Below, piece by piece: positions 47,816 through 56,858 of a stretch of 64,000 nt of DNA (the first letter of the stretch is position 1; each line of letters begins with the position of its first letter). Source of the DNA: Candidatus Moraniibacteriota bacterium. GTDB lineage: Bacteria; Patescibacteriota; Minisyncoccia; Moranbacterales; UBA1568. A model generated the notes under the pieces. That model was not told the DNA's origin. It searched no databases and saw nothing but the letters and a program-made list of their open reading frames with translations. The position numbers and the translations under genes are program-made. The DNA lies in contig CP064989.1 in assembly GCA_016699875.1 (NCBI GenBank), positions 848,525 through 912,524 of the forward strand. The letters are read 5' to 3'.

Positions 47816-49083
47816 TCACTACTAAGCTCACAGTACAACTTTTCATACTCCTTCGCCGTCTCTTTGAGATCAAATGATCTCTCCACAAACGCCCTCGCAT
47901 TCGTGCCAAGGGCGTTTCTTTTTGCCTCATTGGCGCGAAGCGACTCGATGGCGCTCCAGAGAGCGTCGCCATTGTCACGGGGAATGGTAGCAGAAATTTG
48001 CGGGTTTGAGAACTCTTCGAATATCGGAAGGTCGGAGAGAATCACCGGTCTTCCGCAGGCATAGGCTTCGAGGATAACGAGTGGCACATCGAACTTTCCG
48101 TGCATATTGCTGACCGGAAAGGTAACAATGTCGGCAATATTGTAGAGTGCGGCGACATCGGAGACCGTATCGCTGAAGCGCACCTGGTCAAGTATTCCCG
48201 CTTTCCGGAATTTCTCTGTGATTTCCTCTTTCTTCTTTTGGTCGGCATCGTTTTTGATACGGAGCGCGAAGAGGAATTTCATGTCTTCGCCACCCATGCG
48301 ATCCGCCAGCTGACGGATGGGGTCCAGATTTTGCTGACTCAAGGGAATGTCTTCGCAAACTCTACTTGCTAGAGCCTCCCGTTGGCTGGTGGTGTCTGGA
48401 TTCCCGCCTTCGCGGGAATGACGACTTGGACTACGTGATACGTGTTTGACGAGCATGTCGGCGATCATATCAGTCGCACCGAGGCGAGCATATTCGCCGG
48501 CATAGGAAATGACAAAGTCAGCCGGAGAGATGTTGAGTTTTTTGAGGGTTTCGGGATCTTTTGGTCGCGGAGAGAATCGTTCGAGGTCGATTCCCGGGTA
48601 TATGCGCTCAACATTCTCAAGGCCAACTGATTGCAGTTTCTGCTTCGAGTACTCGGTATAGGTGATGAGGCGGTCAGCAAAAAACATACGCTTCCAATCT
48701 GACTCATTCCATCGCTCTTCACGGAGTGTTGCGATAGTCTGAATCGTCTTGGGATGCGTGCCGATGAGGTGTTTTGACAGGAAAGAGTTGAAAGGTGTCG
48801 GCGTGAAGAGGAAATGTACCATATCAAACGTTCGCCCTTTGGTTCCAAGAAACGCAGCGAGGCGCGCCTTGGCTTCGAAGTTGAATCGACCGCTTCGGAA
48901 TATCGGGTGTTGGACGCAGTTTGTGCCCAATTCCTCGAGTGTTTCGTTGGCGGTGAGCAGGTGAAATTCGAGCTGTGGATCCCGGATGCTCTTTGCCAAG
49001 AAATACGCGAAGTTTTTCGACGCTTCATCCCATGGCGGCACGAGCGGCCGAGTAGCAAGGAGGATTTTGATGGGAGTTGACAT
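47812..49083 (-). CDS. glycosyltransferase family 4 carrying an in-frame palindromic insertion
   Basis: The C-terminal GT4 motif is ..VPLVILEAYACGRPVILSDLP... An internal low-complexity segment (..SRSPSRHSREGGNPDTTSQREALASR..) is encoded by a hairpin-forming repeat-like sequence. Confidence 0.7.
   Translation of the reverse strand: MSTPIKILLATRPLVPPWDEASKNFAYFLAKSIRDPQLEFHLLTANETLEELGTNCVQHPIFRSGRFNFEAKARLAAFLGTKGRTFDMVHFLFTPTPFNSFLSKHLIGTHPKTIQTIATLREERWNESDWKRMFFADRLITYTEYSKQKLQSVGLENVERIYPGIDLERFSPRPKDPETLKKLNISPADFVISYAGEYARLGATDMIADMLVKHVSRSPSRHSREGGNPDTTSQREALASRVCEDIPLSQQNLDPIRQLADRMGGEDMKFLFALRIKNDADQKKKEEITEKFRKAGILDQVRFSDTVSDVAALYNIADIVTFPVSNMHGKFDVPLVILEAYACGRPVILSDLPIFEEFSNPQISATIPRDNGDALWSAIESLRANEAKRNALGTNARAFVERSFDLKETAKEYEKLYCELSSD
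48396..48422. repeat. short palindromic REP-like element inside the GT4 coding region
   Basis: ggattcccgc-cttc-gcgggaatg(acg) is a perfect 9-bp stem. On the plus strand it reads DSRLRGND-like, resembling widespread small interspersed palindromes. Coordinates are approximate. Confidence 0.4.
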
Positions 49084-49110
49084 AATTCGTTTGTTTGGAT
49101 AAGATGTTCT

Positions 49111-49398
49111 ATGCTTGACAATTCACGATTTAATTCAAAAAGAGAGGAATTTTCAATGTTAATGAAATTCGTCCTGAATAGTAGTCATGAAGCACTTTTT
49201 GTTCAACATTTCTCTGCCAGCGCGGCTGTTCCCAGGGTTGGGGACATTGTTGGAAATTTCCCGCTAGGAAGTAGGAATGAATATTTGGTGATACGGGTCA
49301 AATGGGTTCTTGATGACTCTATCGAAGCAAGAGAGAACAATGCCCTTATTAAGAATATGCGGGACGTGGAAATAACTCTCGTTTCGTATATCCCTTAA
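49111..49398 (+). CDS. hypothetical protein (95 aa)
   Basis: ORF only. Confidence 0.3.
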   Translation: MLDNSRFNSKREEFSMLMKFVLNSSHEALFVQHFSASAAVPRVGDIVGNFPLGSRNEYLVIRVKWVLDDSIEARENNALIKNMRDVEITLVSYIP

Positions 49399-49494
49399 CT
49401 TCGAGATCAACTCGAAAAAACATGTTTGTCTACTGGGCGGTGAAGCAAATGTGGATCCGCCTTTATTGTTCCTTATTCTTCATTTCCTCTCTTA

Positions 49495-50342
49495 GAACCT
49501 GTTTACAATCTTTTCAACAACAATCGAGCAAAACTTAAAACCATCATCTGTAAGCTCGAATCCAGTGTCCGTTCGCAATTCTTCCAGAGCCTTCGGCATT
49601 TCTCCAGCCAGGAGAAGCTTCTCTCGACCACCCAGCGCTGAGGAAGAACGGCAAACGTATGCAATTCGTTTCGTTTAGCTACTCCCACTTCCGCACCGAT
49701 ACATGCTTTGATCGCTTTGGCGAAGTTTTCTCCGGTATAACTACCATCAGTCAAGAGTTTCTCCACCCGTGAAAGGTGTTTTTTGTTTGCCTTGACGGCT
49801 TGGATAGCTCCATTTCGATCAGTGACGTTAGCAGTGGTTACCGTGAACGCATGCGGCAATCCGTTGGTGTCAACGAGAATATGTCGCTTGATACCGGAAA
49901 CTTTTTTCCTGCATCATAACCTTTTTCTCGAGCCGTATCTGTATTCTTGACACTTTGAGCATCAACGATGCAGAAACTGGTTTTGCATTGTTTGCCATTT
50001 TTCATACGTTCTTGTTCGACCAATTTTTTTTAAGACTTGCTCAAGCATACTCTCTGTCTGTTTGTTTTTTCGTTCCTTCCAGACAAGGAAGTGTCGATAG
50101 ACACTCTGCCATTTTGGATAATCCTTGGGAAGTGCCCTCCATTGGCAACCCGTGACCAGAATGTAGAGCAGAGCGTTGAATACGTCATAGGAATCAAGTG
50201 TCTTTGGTTTGGTTCTCTTCCTGGTTGATTCGAGAAATGGTCTGATGTGTTCGAATTGTTCTCGGGTTATGTCGCTTGGATACATGGTTCTTTTGGTTTG
50301 AGGATTATGTCCTCAGTGTACCAGAAGATTGTAAACAGGTTC
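49495..50342 (-). mobile_element. IS5-family insertion sequence (ISL2/IS1031-like, ~848 bp) with 18-bp terminal inverted repeats and TTA target-site duplication
   Basis: The left end gaacctgtttacaatctt (49495..49512) is the exact reverse complement of the right end aagattgtaaacaggttc (50325..50342). Flanking TTA is found on both sides. An internal DDE transposase (GCQWRALPKDYPKWQSVYRHF, IVDAQSVKNTDTAREKGYDAGKK, WVVERSFSWLEKCRRLWKNCE) is encoded in three frames. Confidence 0.75.
49503..50285 (-). pseudogene. IS5-family DDE transposase, interrupted by two frameshifts located at poly-A runs
   Basis: It spans three table ORFs (49962..50285, 49838..50023 and 49503..49859, all minus). Junction 1 is at ttaaaaaaaattgg and junction 2 at ggaaaaaagttt. 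Each needs a +1 shift to restore the conserved protein (..LEQVLKK|LVEQER.. and ..GYDAGKK|VSGIKRHILVDTNGL..). Confidence 0.75.
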
Positions 50343-50710
50343 TTATAAATCTCTTTCTTCTTACTCAATTCTTTACTTTCTCTGTTTGACTCGTTTTCCG
50401 TCCAGACGCGTATGGTAATGGGCTGCTTGTTTGGGTTCTTGGCGAGGATGGTTTGTCCGCCGGTGCCGCTCAGGGTGAATGAGGCGGATTCGGTGATAGT
50501 GTCGCCTTCCTGTACTTCGTAGAAGAATGTTCGTGTGGGACCGAAATTTGAAACAGTGAAACTCGCATCGGTTTCTTGCTGCGAAGCAAATGAGAGTGAC
50601 CACCAATCGGAATGCGATGGGTCGGCAAGGAAGCTCTCGCGAAAGGCGAGCACGGAAAAGGCGAGGGCAATGGAGATGGCGATAGAGAGAATAAGCGTCT
50701 TTTCTTTCAT
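50267..50710 (-). CDS. hypothetical secreted protein whose 3' end runs into the IS element (C-terminus likely replaced by the insertion)
   Basis: A signal peptide MKEKTLILSIAISIALAFSVLA is present. The last ~25 codons and the stop lie inside the IS right end. Confidence 0.4.
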   Translation of the reverse strand: MKEKTLILSIAISIALAFSVLAFRESFLADPSHSDWWSLSFASQQETDASFTVSNFGPTRTFFYEVQEGDTITESASFTLSGTGGQTILAKNPNKQPITIRVWTENESNRESKELSKKKEIYKNLFTIFWYTEDIILKPKEPCIQAT

Positions 50711-50771
50711 AGGAATTTCCTGGTCGTATGTGTACTGGATTGGGCAAAAAGGGAAATGACGAAAATATGCG

Positions 50772-52772
50772 TTAGTTGAGATTCGATCTCTTGTATACGG
50801 CGATGTCGTTGGAGAGATAGAGGAGAGACATATCTTTGGCTTTGGTGAACTGAATGCTGTCCATGTGCGGGTTGACGACAACGGTATCGACGCCGGTTCC
50901 TGCGAAGCAATCTTGTCCCTTGGGCGTGTTGGGGGCGGAGATCATGAGGAGGGTGCACTGCTCTCGCGCTTTGGTTTCATCGGTATAGCGGCGGAAGAGT
51001 CCGCGCGAGAGCGGATATGAATAGTCTCTCATGAAGAAGAGTTTCATCCACGAATCAGCGACAATGTAGTTGTGATCCTTGAGTACCCATTCGTCCGCAC
51101 TGGTGTTTTTGGCGAGCCAGGAGGAAGCAGCAAAGGTTTGAACCGCTTCGCTCACGTTGCTTTTTGCGGATATGGTGCCGGCATTGTCGAAGAATCCACC
51201 GACGAAGACGGCGACGAGGAAAATGGCGAATGTCCATCGAAGCAAGCGATGTTCGCCAGATGGATGATGCTCGACGGTCTTTTTTTCGCTTTTTCCTTGC
51301 ATAAAGAGCGAAACAAAAGCGAATCCGGCAAGGAGAGCGGCTGGAAACGTGTTGTAGGTGCCGATGCGGTTCGACGGGATATCGATGAACAGAATGTTTG
51401 GGAAAAGTGTCATTACGATGAGACCGGCACTCCATGCGAGCATGACCAGTCCTCCGAGGCGTTTTCGTCTCGATGAAAAGAGAAGAAGGATGATGCCGAT
51501 CATTTCGAGTCCGAAGCGGGATCCGCCGATACTTTGGGTGAGCTGGTCGAAGGTGAGTCCTTCGCGAGTTGCTTTTGACGGTGTGCCGACGGCGGTGTCA
51601 ATCGCGCTCACGTGCAGATATGTCGGCGTATACACAAAAGCGGTGATAACAACGAGCGAAGCAATGACGACTGCGGGGAATGGCGCGCGAAAAAGCAGTA
51701 TCCACTCTCGAAGTTCGGAGAATCGTCTCTGCTTGGATTTTTCCGAAAGAAACAGAGACAGAAGGAGAAATATGGAAATAAAGAGGACTACAAAGAGGAA
51801 GATGAAGGTGGAAAGGTGATGTGTAAAAGCGAGTGTGCCGGAAAAGAGAGCAGCCAGACCGAGGAGGGACGAATTCTTTTCTTGAAAGGCTCGGAAGAAA
51901 CAAAGTATCGCTATCGGGATGAGGAAGTTGCCAAACATGTTCCCGACGACGCCGCCGCTTACATACTTTGCCTCCGGCGAGGAGAGTGCCCAGAGAGGGC
52001 CTATGCACAAGAGGACAGTGATCATGCCCCAGCGAGCGAGGTGTTTTGATGGAAATACGTCTTCGAAAAGGCGATAGCTCAGCATGACGACTGCGAGAAC
52101 TGTGAGGATATTGACGAGCAAGAGGAGCAGTGACGGGAAGGCAGAGATAAAATCGAGGCGAGCGACGAGAGCGGTCGCTGCGAAGGGCAAATGCTCGCCG
52201 ATGATGAAGTCATCGATTGGTTCCGGATCAGTCAGCGTGTCTCCAGCACTTTCGGTTCCTTCGAAGGCGATGTCGATTTTTTCATAGGTGGGAATACTGC
52301 CGGTTTCGGCCATCTTCTTCGCCCAGAACATATGGTGTCCGAGATCGGTCGATGTGGGGAGGATGGTGCCCCAGAGATAGATGGATTTTATGAGTATGGT
52401 GAGGATAACCAATCCAAGGAAGAGCCACCCTTCCTTCTTTGGAAATCGTATCTCCGATGCGGTGGGATCGGGATGCTGCGCGGCAAGTTTCTTATGCCTC
52501 CTTTGTACAAGAACGATGAGTGGAATGAGTGCAAAAATACTTTCGACGCCAATGATTGAGAGGGCAGTGAGAGGGACATGGAGACGAGACAGGATGAGCA
52601 TGCAAAAGTCGAGCACCGAGAGGCTGAGCGCGAACGAGAACAGGATGTATTCGAAAAGAGAGGTTGGAGGCAAATGCTTTCGGAAGAAAGCAGACAAAAG
52701 GAATGCGCCGGGCACAAAAAAGAGACCGAGAAGAGCGAGGAGAAATCCGCATTGATCAAGAAGTGTGTTCAT
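50772..52772 (-). CDS. polytopic membrane protein (666 aa, ~13 TM + C-terminal extracytoplasmic domain); candidate GT-C-type glycosyltransferase/oligosaccharyltransferase
   Basis: Hydrophobicity pattern only. No catalytic motif was confidently recognised. It is co-directional and overlapping with the downstream GT4 gene. Confidence 0.5.
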   Translation of the reverse strand: MNTLLDQCGFLLALLGLFFVPGAFLLSAFFRKHLPPTSLFEYILFSFALSLSVLDFCMLILSRLHVPLTALSIIGVESIFALIPLIVLVQRRHKKLAAQHPDPTASEIRFPKKEGWLFLGLVILTILIKSIYLWGTILPTSTDLGHHMFWAKKMAETGSIPTYEKIDIAFEGTESAGDTLTDPEPIDDFIIGEHLPFAATALVARLDFISAFPSLLLLLVNILTVLAVVMLSYRLFEDVFPSKHLARWGMITVLLCIGPLWALSSPEAKYVSGGVVGNMFGNFLIPIAILCFFRAFQEKNSSLLGLAALFSGTLAFTHHLSTFIFLFVVLFISIFLLLSLFLSEKSKQRRFSELREWILLFRAPFPAVVIASLVVITAFVYTPTYLHVSAIDTAVGTPSKATREGLTFDQLTQSIGGSRFGLEMIGIILLLFSSRRKRLGGLVMLAWSAGLIVMTLFPNILFIDIPSNRIGTYNTFPAALLAGFAFVSLFMQGKSEKKTVEHHPSGEHRLLRWTFAIFLVAVFVGGFFDNAGTISAKSNVSEAVQTFAASSWLAKNTSADEWVLKDHNYIVADSWMKLFFMRDYSYPLSRGLFRRYTDETKAREQCTLLMISAPNTPKGQDCFAGTGVDTVVVNPHMDSIQFTKAKDMSLLYLSNDIAVYKRSNLN

Positions 52773-53878
52773 AGATGCAGTTCGCGTTCGCCGGTCGTCT
52801 GCGCGACCACTGCTTTGATGATGCCGGCGTAGCAGGCTGAGATAGTTTTCCAGTTGAAATGCTCGGCTGTGTATCTTCGGGCTCGTTCGCCGAAAGTTTT
52901 TCGTAATTCTTTGTCAGAGAGGAATCGTTCTGCTTTCTTCTTCCAATCTTCGATATCTTCCGATTCGGCGAGTACCCCATTCTTATCATCGGTGAAGGCG
53001 TCTTTGAGTCCTTCGAGACGAGAAACGATGACGGGAATGCCGCATGATGCTGCTTCGATCGGCGTGATGCCAAACCCCTCCACATCGCCGGGGATGCGGA
53101 TGTTCGGCTGAACAAAAATATCGCAAGTATTCATAAGGATATCTCGCGCGCGATCACTCACATAGCCCAGCAGCTTCACGCGCTCGAAGGTTTTGGTTTC
53201 TTCGATAGCGCGACGGATATTGTCTCGATCCGGTCCGTCTCCGGCGACCACGTAGATGGTTTCTCGGGGGAGTAGGGGGAGGACATTGCGAATAAACCAG
53301 GTAACGCCTTTGCGACGGGCGAGACGTCCGGCAGTCAGGAGTACTGTTTGATTTTTGTGTATATCGCCGATAACTCCTTCGAGATCTCTGCGCGTGAACT
53401 CGGGGTGATAGTGTGCTTCCGGATCAATGCCGTTCGGTACGAATTCAAATTTGCCATCCGCGATGCCGTGGCGTATTCCGAGAGCAATAGTTTCATTGCC
53501 AACGGCGATGAGTTTGTCGAGCTTGGGAATGAAGATGCGGACCCAAAGCGCCTGATAAATAAAAAGCGGATAGGTAATGTCCAGTCCGTGAATGACGGAA
53601 ATGACCGCTTTCTTTGGAAAGAGGATCTTGACCGCCCAACCGACAATAGAGAGTACGCCGTCACCGAGGAGAATGGCGTCATAATTTCGTGCGGAGAGAA
53701 TTGCTCGACAGAGTGCGTATGGCAAGAAAATCGGCAGGAATTTTTTGCCGAATCGGTTTGCTATCGTGGTGACTTCGGCGTGTTTCTGAAGCCAAAGTGC
53801 CAGGGCGGCGTTTTGGTTCTCGATGCCGCCGACGATCGGCGGGTAGGCACGAGAGATAAAGAGAATGCGAAACGGCAT
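52769..53878 (-). CDS. glycosyltransferase family 4
   Basis: The N-terminus is ..ILFISRAYPPIVGGIENQN... The C-terminus is ..GDVEGFGITPIEAASCGIPVIVSRLEGL... Confidence 0.8.
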   Translation of the reverse strand: MPFRILFISRAYPPIVGGIENQNAALALWLQKHAEVTTIANRFGKKFLPIFLPYALCRAILSARNYDAILLGDGVLSIVGWAVKILFPKKAVISVIHGLDITYPLFIYQALWVRIFIPKLDKLIAVGNETIALGIRHGIADGKFEFVPNGIDPEAHYHPEFTRRDLEGVIGDIHKNQTVLLTAGRLARRKGVTWFIRNVLPLLPRETIYVVAGDGPDRDNIRRAIEETKTFERVKLLGYVSDRARDILMNTCDIFVQPNIRIPGDVEGFGITPIEAASCGIPVIVSRLEGLKDAFTDDKNGVLAESEDIEDWKKKAERFLSDKELRKTFGERARRYTAEHFNWKTISACYAGIIKAVVAQTTGERELHL

Positions 53879-54056
53879 AAGAAATCGGTAGCGAGCAAGC
53901 CAATGAAGGGTTAGGATTTGTCTTTGCGAGGAGTGTCAAGTTCGAAATTACAGGTTCAAAATAAACTCCATTTTTCGACACAATATGAGGTCTCTCTGTT
54001 TGTTTTGCTCCGCGTTGCTTCTGCGGGGCTTATGGGTTTGGATCTGAATCTTTTTG

Positions 54057-55025
54057 TTATTTTTCAGTTTCTTCTCTTTTTGCAGAGAGGTTTTTCTTTG
54101 TCAGGTAGAGCTGTTCTTCGATGAGTCTTCGATTGGACTTGACCATATCGGCAAGGAGAGCGAAGACAACAAATTGGAGACCGATGATGAAAAAGAGCGC
54201 GGAGAAAAAGAGATAGTTCCGATACGGAGAGATCTTAAAATCTTGTACGTAGAAACCGAAAAATATGAAGAAGAGGAGAACGGCGATGCCGATTAGAATG
54301 AATCCGGGAATGCCAAAGAACTTCATCGGGCGGACATCGCGAACGGCTTTGACGATGATGCGCGAGCTTTGCCGGATATAATTCACGATACTCTTCGTCA
54401 TTTTGGATTTCCGCTCGGCAAAATAGGTGACGGAAACGGGAATCCAGACGATCTTGAGTCCCTTGCCAATGGCATCAATGATAACCTCCTGTGTGTAGGT
54501 GAAATTTTCGAGGAGGTTGAGACGGAGTAGTGACTCGCGGCTGTAGGTCCGGAAGCCGCATGTGAGATCCTGTATGGGTGTTTTGAGGAAGCCGGAAATG
54601 AGGCGTGCGGCAAGTCGGTTGAGGCGGTCTTTGATGAGGGGAATGTTTTTTGCGGCATGCTCTCCGAATCGATCGGCGCTTACGATGTCGGCTGTTCCGG
54701 CAAGTACGGGTGCAAGAATCGTGCCGATGTCGTTCGGATCAAACTGCCCGTCGGCATCGATATTCACCATAACGTCGGCATTGGCTTCAAGTGCGGCTTC
54801 AACCGAGGTGCGGAAGGCTTTCCCGAGTCCGCGATTCCGCTGATGCACGATGACGCGATTGGCGCCAGCCTCTTGAGCGATTTCGCTGGTGTGATCGGTT
54901 GATCCGTCATCCACCACGTGCACGACGATTTCGTCGATACCTTTGAGTGTTCGAGGTATTCTCCGTATGGTTTCCCCGATTTTCTCCGCCTCATTGTACG
55001 CGGGAATGTTTACGATAAGTTTCAT
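54057..55025 (-). CDS. GT2 polyprenyl-phosphate glycosyltransferase (DPM1/ArnC/GtrB-like) with C-terminal TM anchor
   Basis: GT-A motifs are present: ..VNIPAYNEAEKI.., ..VVDDGSTD.., DAD (..MVNIDADGQFDP..) and ..NRGLGKAF... Two C-terminal TM helices follow, as in GtrB/ArnC. Confidence 0.8.
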   Translation of the reverse strand: MKLIVNIPAYNEAEKIGETIRRIPRTLKGIDEIVVHVVDDGSTDHTSEIAQEAGANRVIVHQRNRGLGKAFRTSVEAALEANADVMVNIDADGQFDPNDIGTILAPVLAGTADIVSADRFGEHAAKNIPLIKDRLNRLAARLISGFLKTPIQDLTCGFRTYSRESLLRLNLLENFTYTQEVIIDAIGKGLKIVWIPVSVTYFAERKSKMTKSIVNYIRQSSRIIVKAVRDVRPMKFFGIPGFILIGIAVLLFFIFFGFYVQDFKISPYRNYLFFSALFFIIGLQFVVFALLADMVKSNRRLIEEQLYLTKKNLSAKREETEK

Positions 55026-55086
55026 AAAGAGAGATTGAGAGGACTTAGAATCGAGAAGATCAAAGAGGGGAGAAAGGGAGATATCA

Positions 55087-55317
55087 TCACTGCTTTTCTA
55101 CGAGTTTGCTGAACTCGAAGCAGGCAACTTTGCAACGGGCATTCCCGGATCCGTTCTTTGCGATATCCTGCTGGCACTCGAGCGCTGCACCAAAACAGCG
55201 ATTGCGGCTCTCTCGGACATATGACCAGTCTATTTGATAGTGGAAAAAATTCAACAGAAAACTTCCGACGACTGCGGCGCCGACAACCCAAATGGCGAGT
55301 CGAAGGAGGTGGAACAT
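55087..55317 (-). CDS. hypothetical small membrane-anchored Cys-containing protein (76 aa)
   Basis: N-terminal hydrophobic segment LLRLAIWVVGAAVVGSFLL and 4 Cys. It is preferred over the overlapping table ORF 55022..55291 in another frame. Confidence 0.3.
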   Translation of the reverse strand: MFHLLRLAIWVVGAAVVGSFLLNFFHYQIDWSYVRESRNRCFGAALECQQDIAKNGSGNARCKVACFEFSKLVEKQ

Positions 55318-55341
55318 ATGCGTAATACTCTGTGCTGATTG

Positions 55342-56634
55342 TTATCGCCCGATGCCTTTGTAAATGATGCCCGATGTTCGGAAGAGATTCTTGTCAAAGG
55401 CATTCTTGCCGTCGATAAAGACTTTGATTCCGTGCTTCTTGAGAAGTGCCGGCGTGATAGCCTCTTTGAATTCGGTGTGGTCGGTCGCCAGGATGAGCGC
55501 GGTGGATTTTTTGAGGATGGCATCGAGGGATTTCAGGCTTGATCGATCAAGAATGTGCGGGTCGAAGGTCTCGACTTCTGCGGAGTGCTTCTTGAGATGC
55601 TCGATGATACGGACGGACGGCGATTCGCGTACGTCGTCGATATTTGCCTTGTAGGCGATGCCAAGCACGCCGACGGTTGTTCCGTTGAGAGGGAGCTTTA
55701 CGGCATTCAAGGCATCCTGTAAGAGTTCGACGGTATAGCCCGGCATGTCGTTGTTGATTTCCCGTGCAAGTCGCAGAAACTTGTGATCGAACCCGGCTTT
55801 CTTGGCGCGCTCGATCAAATAATATGGATCGACGGGGATACAGTGTCCGCCCACGCCGCAGGAAGGGAAATGCGCAAGGAACGAGAAAGGCTTGGTGGCG
55901 GCGCCGCGGATGACGTCGGCGACATCAATACCGAGTCGGTCAAAAGATCGGGCGAGTTCATTTACGAAGGCGATATTGATATCGCGAAAAGAATTCTCGA
56001 CGACTTTGACCGCTTCCGCTTCGCGGATGGATTTCATCGGGCGGATCTCGCCATCGACGATGGATCGATAGAACTCGAGTGCACGCTTCAATCCGGTTGC
56101 ATCGAGTGAACCGACGACGCGGGGGATGTTGGTGACATTCCACACGGCATCTCCCGGATTGATGCGCTCGGGGCAGTGAGCGAGAAACACGTCTTTTCCG
56201 ATAGCGTGTCCGGCTTGCTTGAAGATGGGGACAACTATTTCTTCGGAAACACCCGGATTGACGGTTGATTCAAGGACGACGAGCGCGCCTTTTTTGAGAT
56301 GATCGGCGATGGTTTTCATGGCGCCGATAACCGGAGTGAGATCCGGAGTGTAGAGTTCGTCTACCGGTGTCGGGACGCACACAAGAATGATGTCTGCCTG
56401 TTCGAGTGTATGCGGATCGGAAGAAGCCGGGAACGGATATTGCGGGAGATGCTCTTCGAGATATTGGTCTTCGATCGGACTTTTCCCTTGGCTGATGAGA
56501 GAATTCTTTTTTTCATCGAGATCAAATCCGATGACTTCGTATCCTCGTTCTTTGGCTCGAACGGCAAGCGGCAATCCGACATATCCCAATCCGACAATGC
56601 CAACGGCGATATTTTTTTTCTCGACTTCTTTCAT
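55342..56634 (-). CDS. nucleotide-sugar dehydrogenase (UDP-glucose / UDP-N-acetylmannosamine 6-dehydrogenase family)
   Basis: Rossmann motif GIVGLGYVGLPLA. The catalytic Cys lies in ..GVGGHCIPVDPYYL... The C-terminal UDP-binding domain has ..VLGIAYKANIDDVRESP... Confidence 0.85.
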   Translation of the reverse strand: MKEVEKKNIAVGIVGLGYVGLPLAVRAKERGYEVIGFDLDEKKNSLISQGKSPIEDQYLEEHLPQYPFPASSDPHTLEQADIILVCVPTPVDELYTPDLTPVIGAMKTIADHLKKGALVVLESTVNPGVSEEIVVPIFKQAGHAIGKDVFLAHCPERINPGDAVWNVTNIPRVVGSLDATGLKRALEFYRSIVDGEIRPMKSIREAEAVKVVENSFRDINIAFVNELARSFDRLGIDVADVIRGAATKPFSFLAHFPSCGVGGHCIPVDPYYLIERAKKAGFDHKFLRLAREINNDMPGYTVELLQDALNAVKLPLNGTTVGVLGIAYKANIDDVRESPSVRIIEHLKKHSAEVETFDPHILDRSSLKSLDAILKKSTALILATDHTEFKEAITPALLKKHGIKVFIDGKNAFDKNLFRTSGIIYKGIGR

Positions 56635-56793
56635 AATGGCGCATGAGCAGATTATTCTTCCTGTCCCTCACCACTCATTGTACGAAAAAAGAGCGGAGAC
56701 GTCGAGATGAATGCCGGGGAACTTGCGGGGGAGGTGTTTTCCGGTGCTTCTTAGTGGCATTCTCTCTTCGGGAAGAGAGAGCGGTTATCGGTC

Positions 56794-56823
56794 TTGACAA
56801 AACATTGTATTGTGCGCTAATAT
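56794..56823 (+). promoter_or_regulatory. sigma70-type promoter candidate (TTGACA - 18 nt - TAATAT) for the HTH regulator gene
   Basis: cTTGACAaaacattgtattgtgcgcTAATATt lies about 35 nt upstream of ATG 56859, in a divergent intergenic region. Confidence 0.4.
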
Positions 56824-56858
56824 TATTTCACTCAATTTTATCCGAAGAATGCATCATT

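Noticed and set aside
49503-50285. Interpreting the transposase interruptions as programmed ribosomal frameshifting
   Set aside because: Two separate +1 junctions are required. Each lies at a simple A-run rather than a canonical slippery heptamer with a downstream structure. Homopolymer indel mutation or sequencing error is more parsimonious.
55022-55291. 89-aa minus-strand ORF
   Set aside because: It overlaps 55087..55317 on the same strand in another frame. The latter has a hydrophobic N-terminal segment and was preferred. Both are weak.
56643-56858. N-terminal 72 codons of table ORF 56643..58013
   Set aside because: This part is Cys/Arg-rich junk and overlaps the start of the divergent dehydrogenase gene. 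A good TTGACA/TAATAT promoter lies inside it. The gene most likely starts at Met73 (56859).
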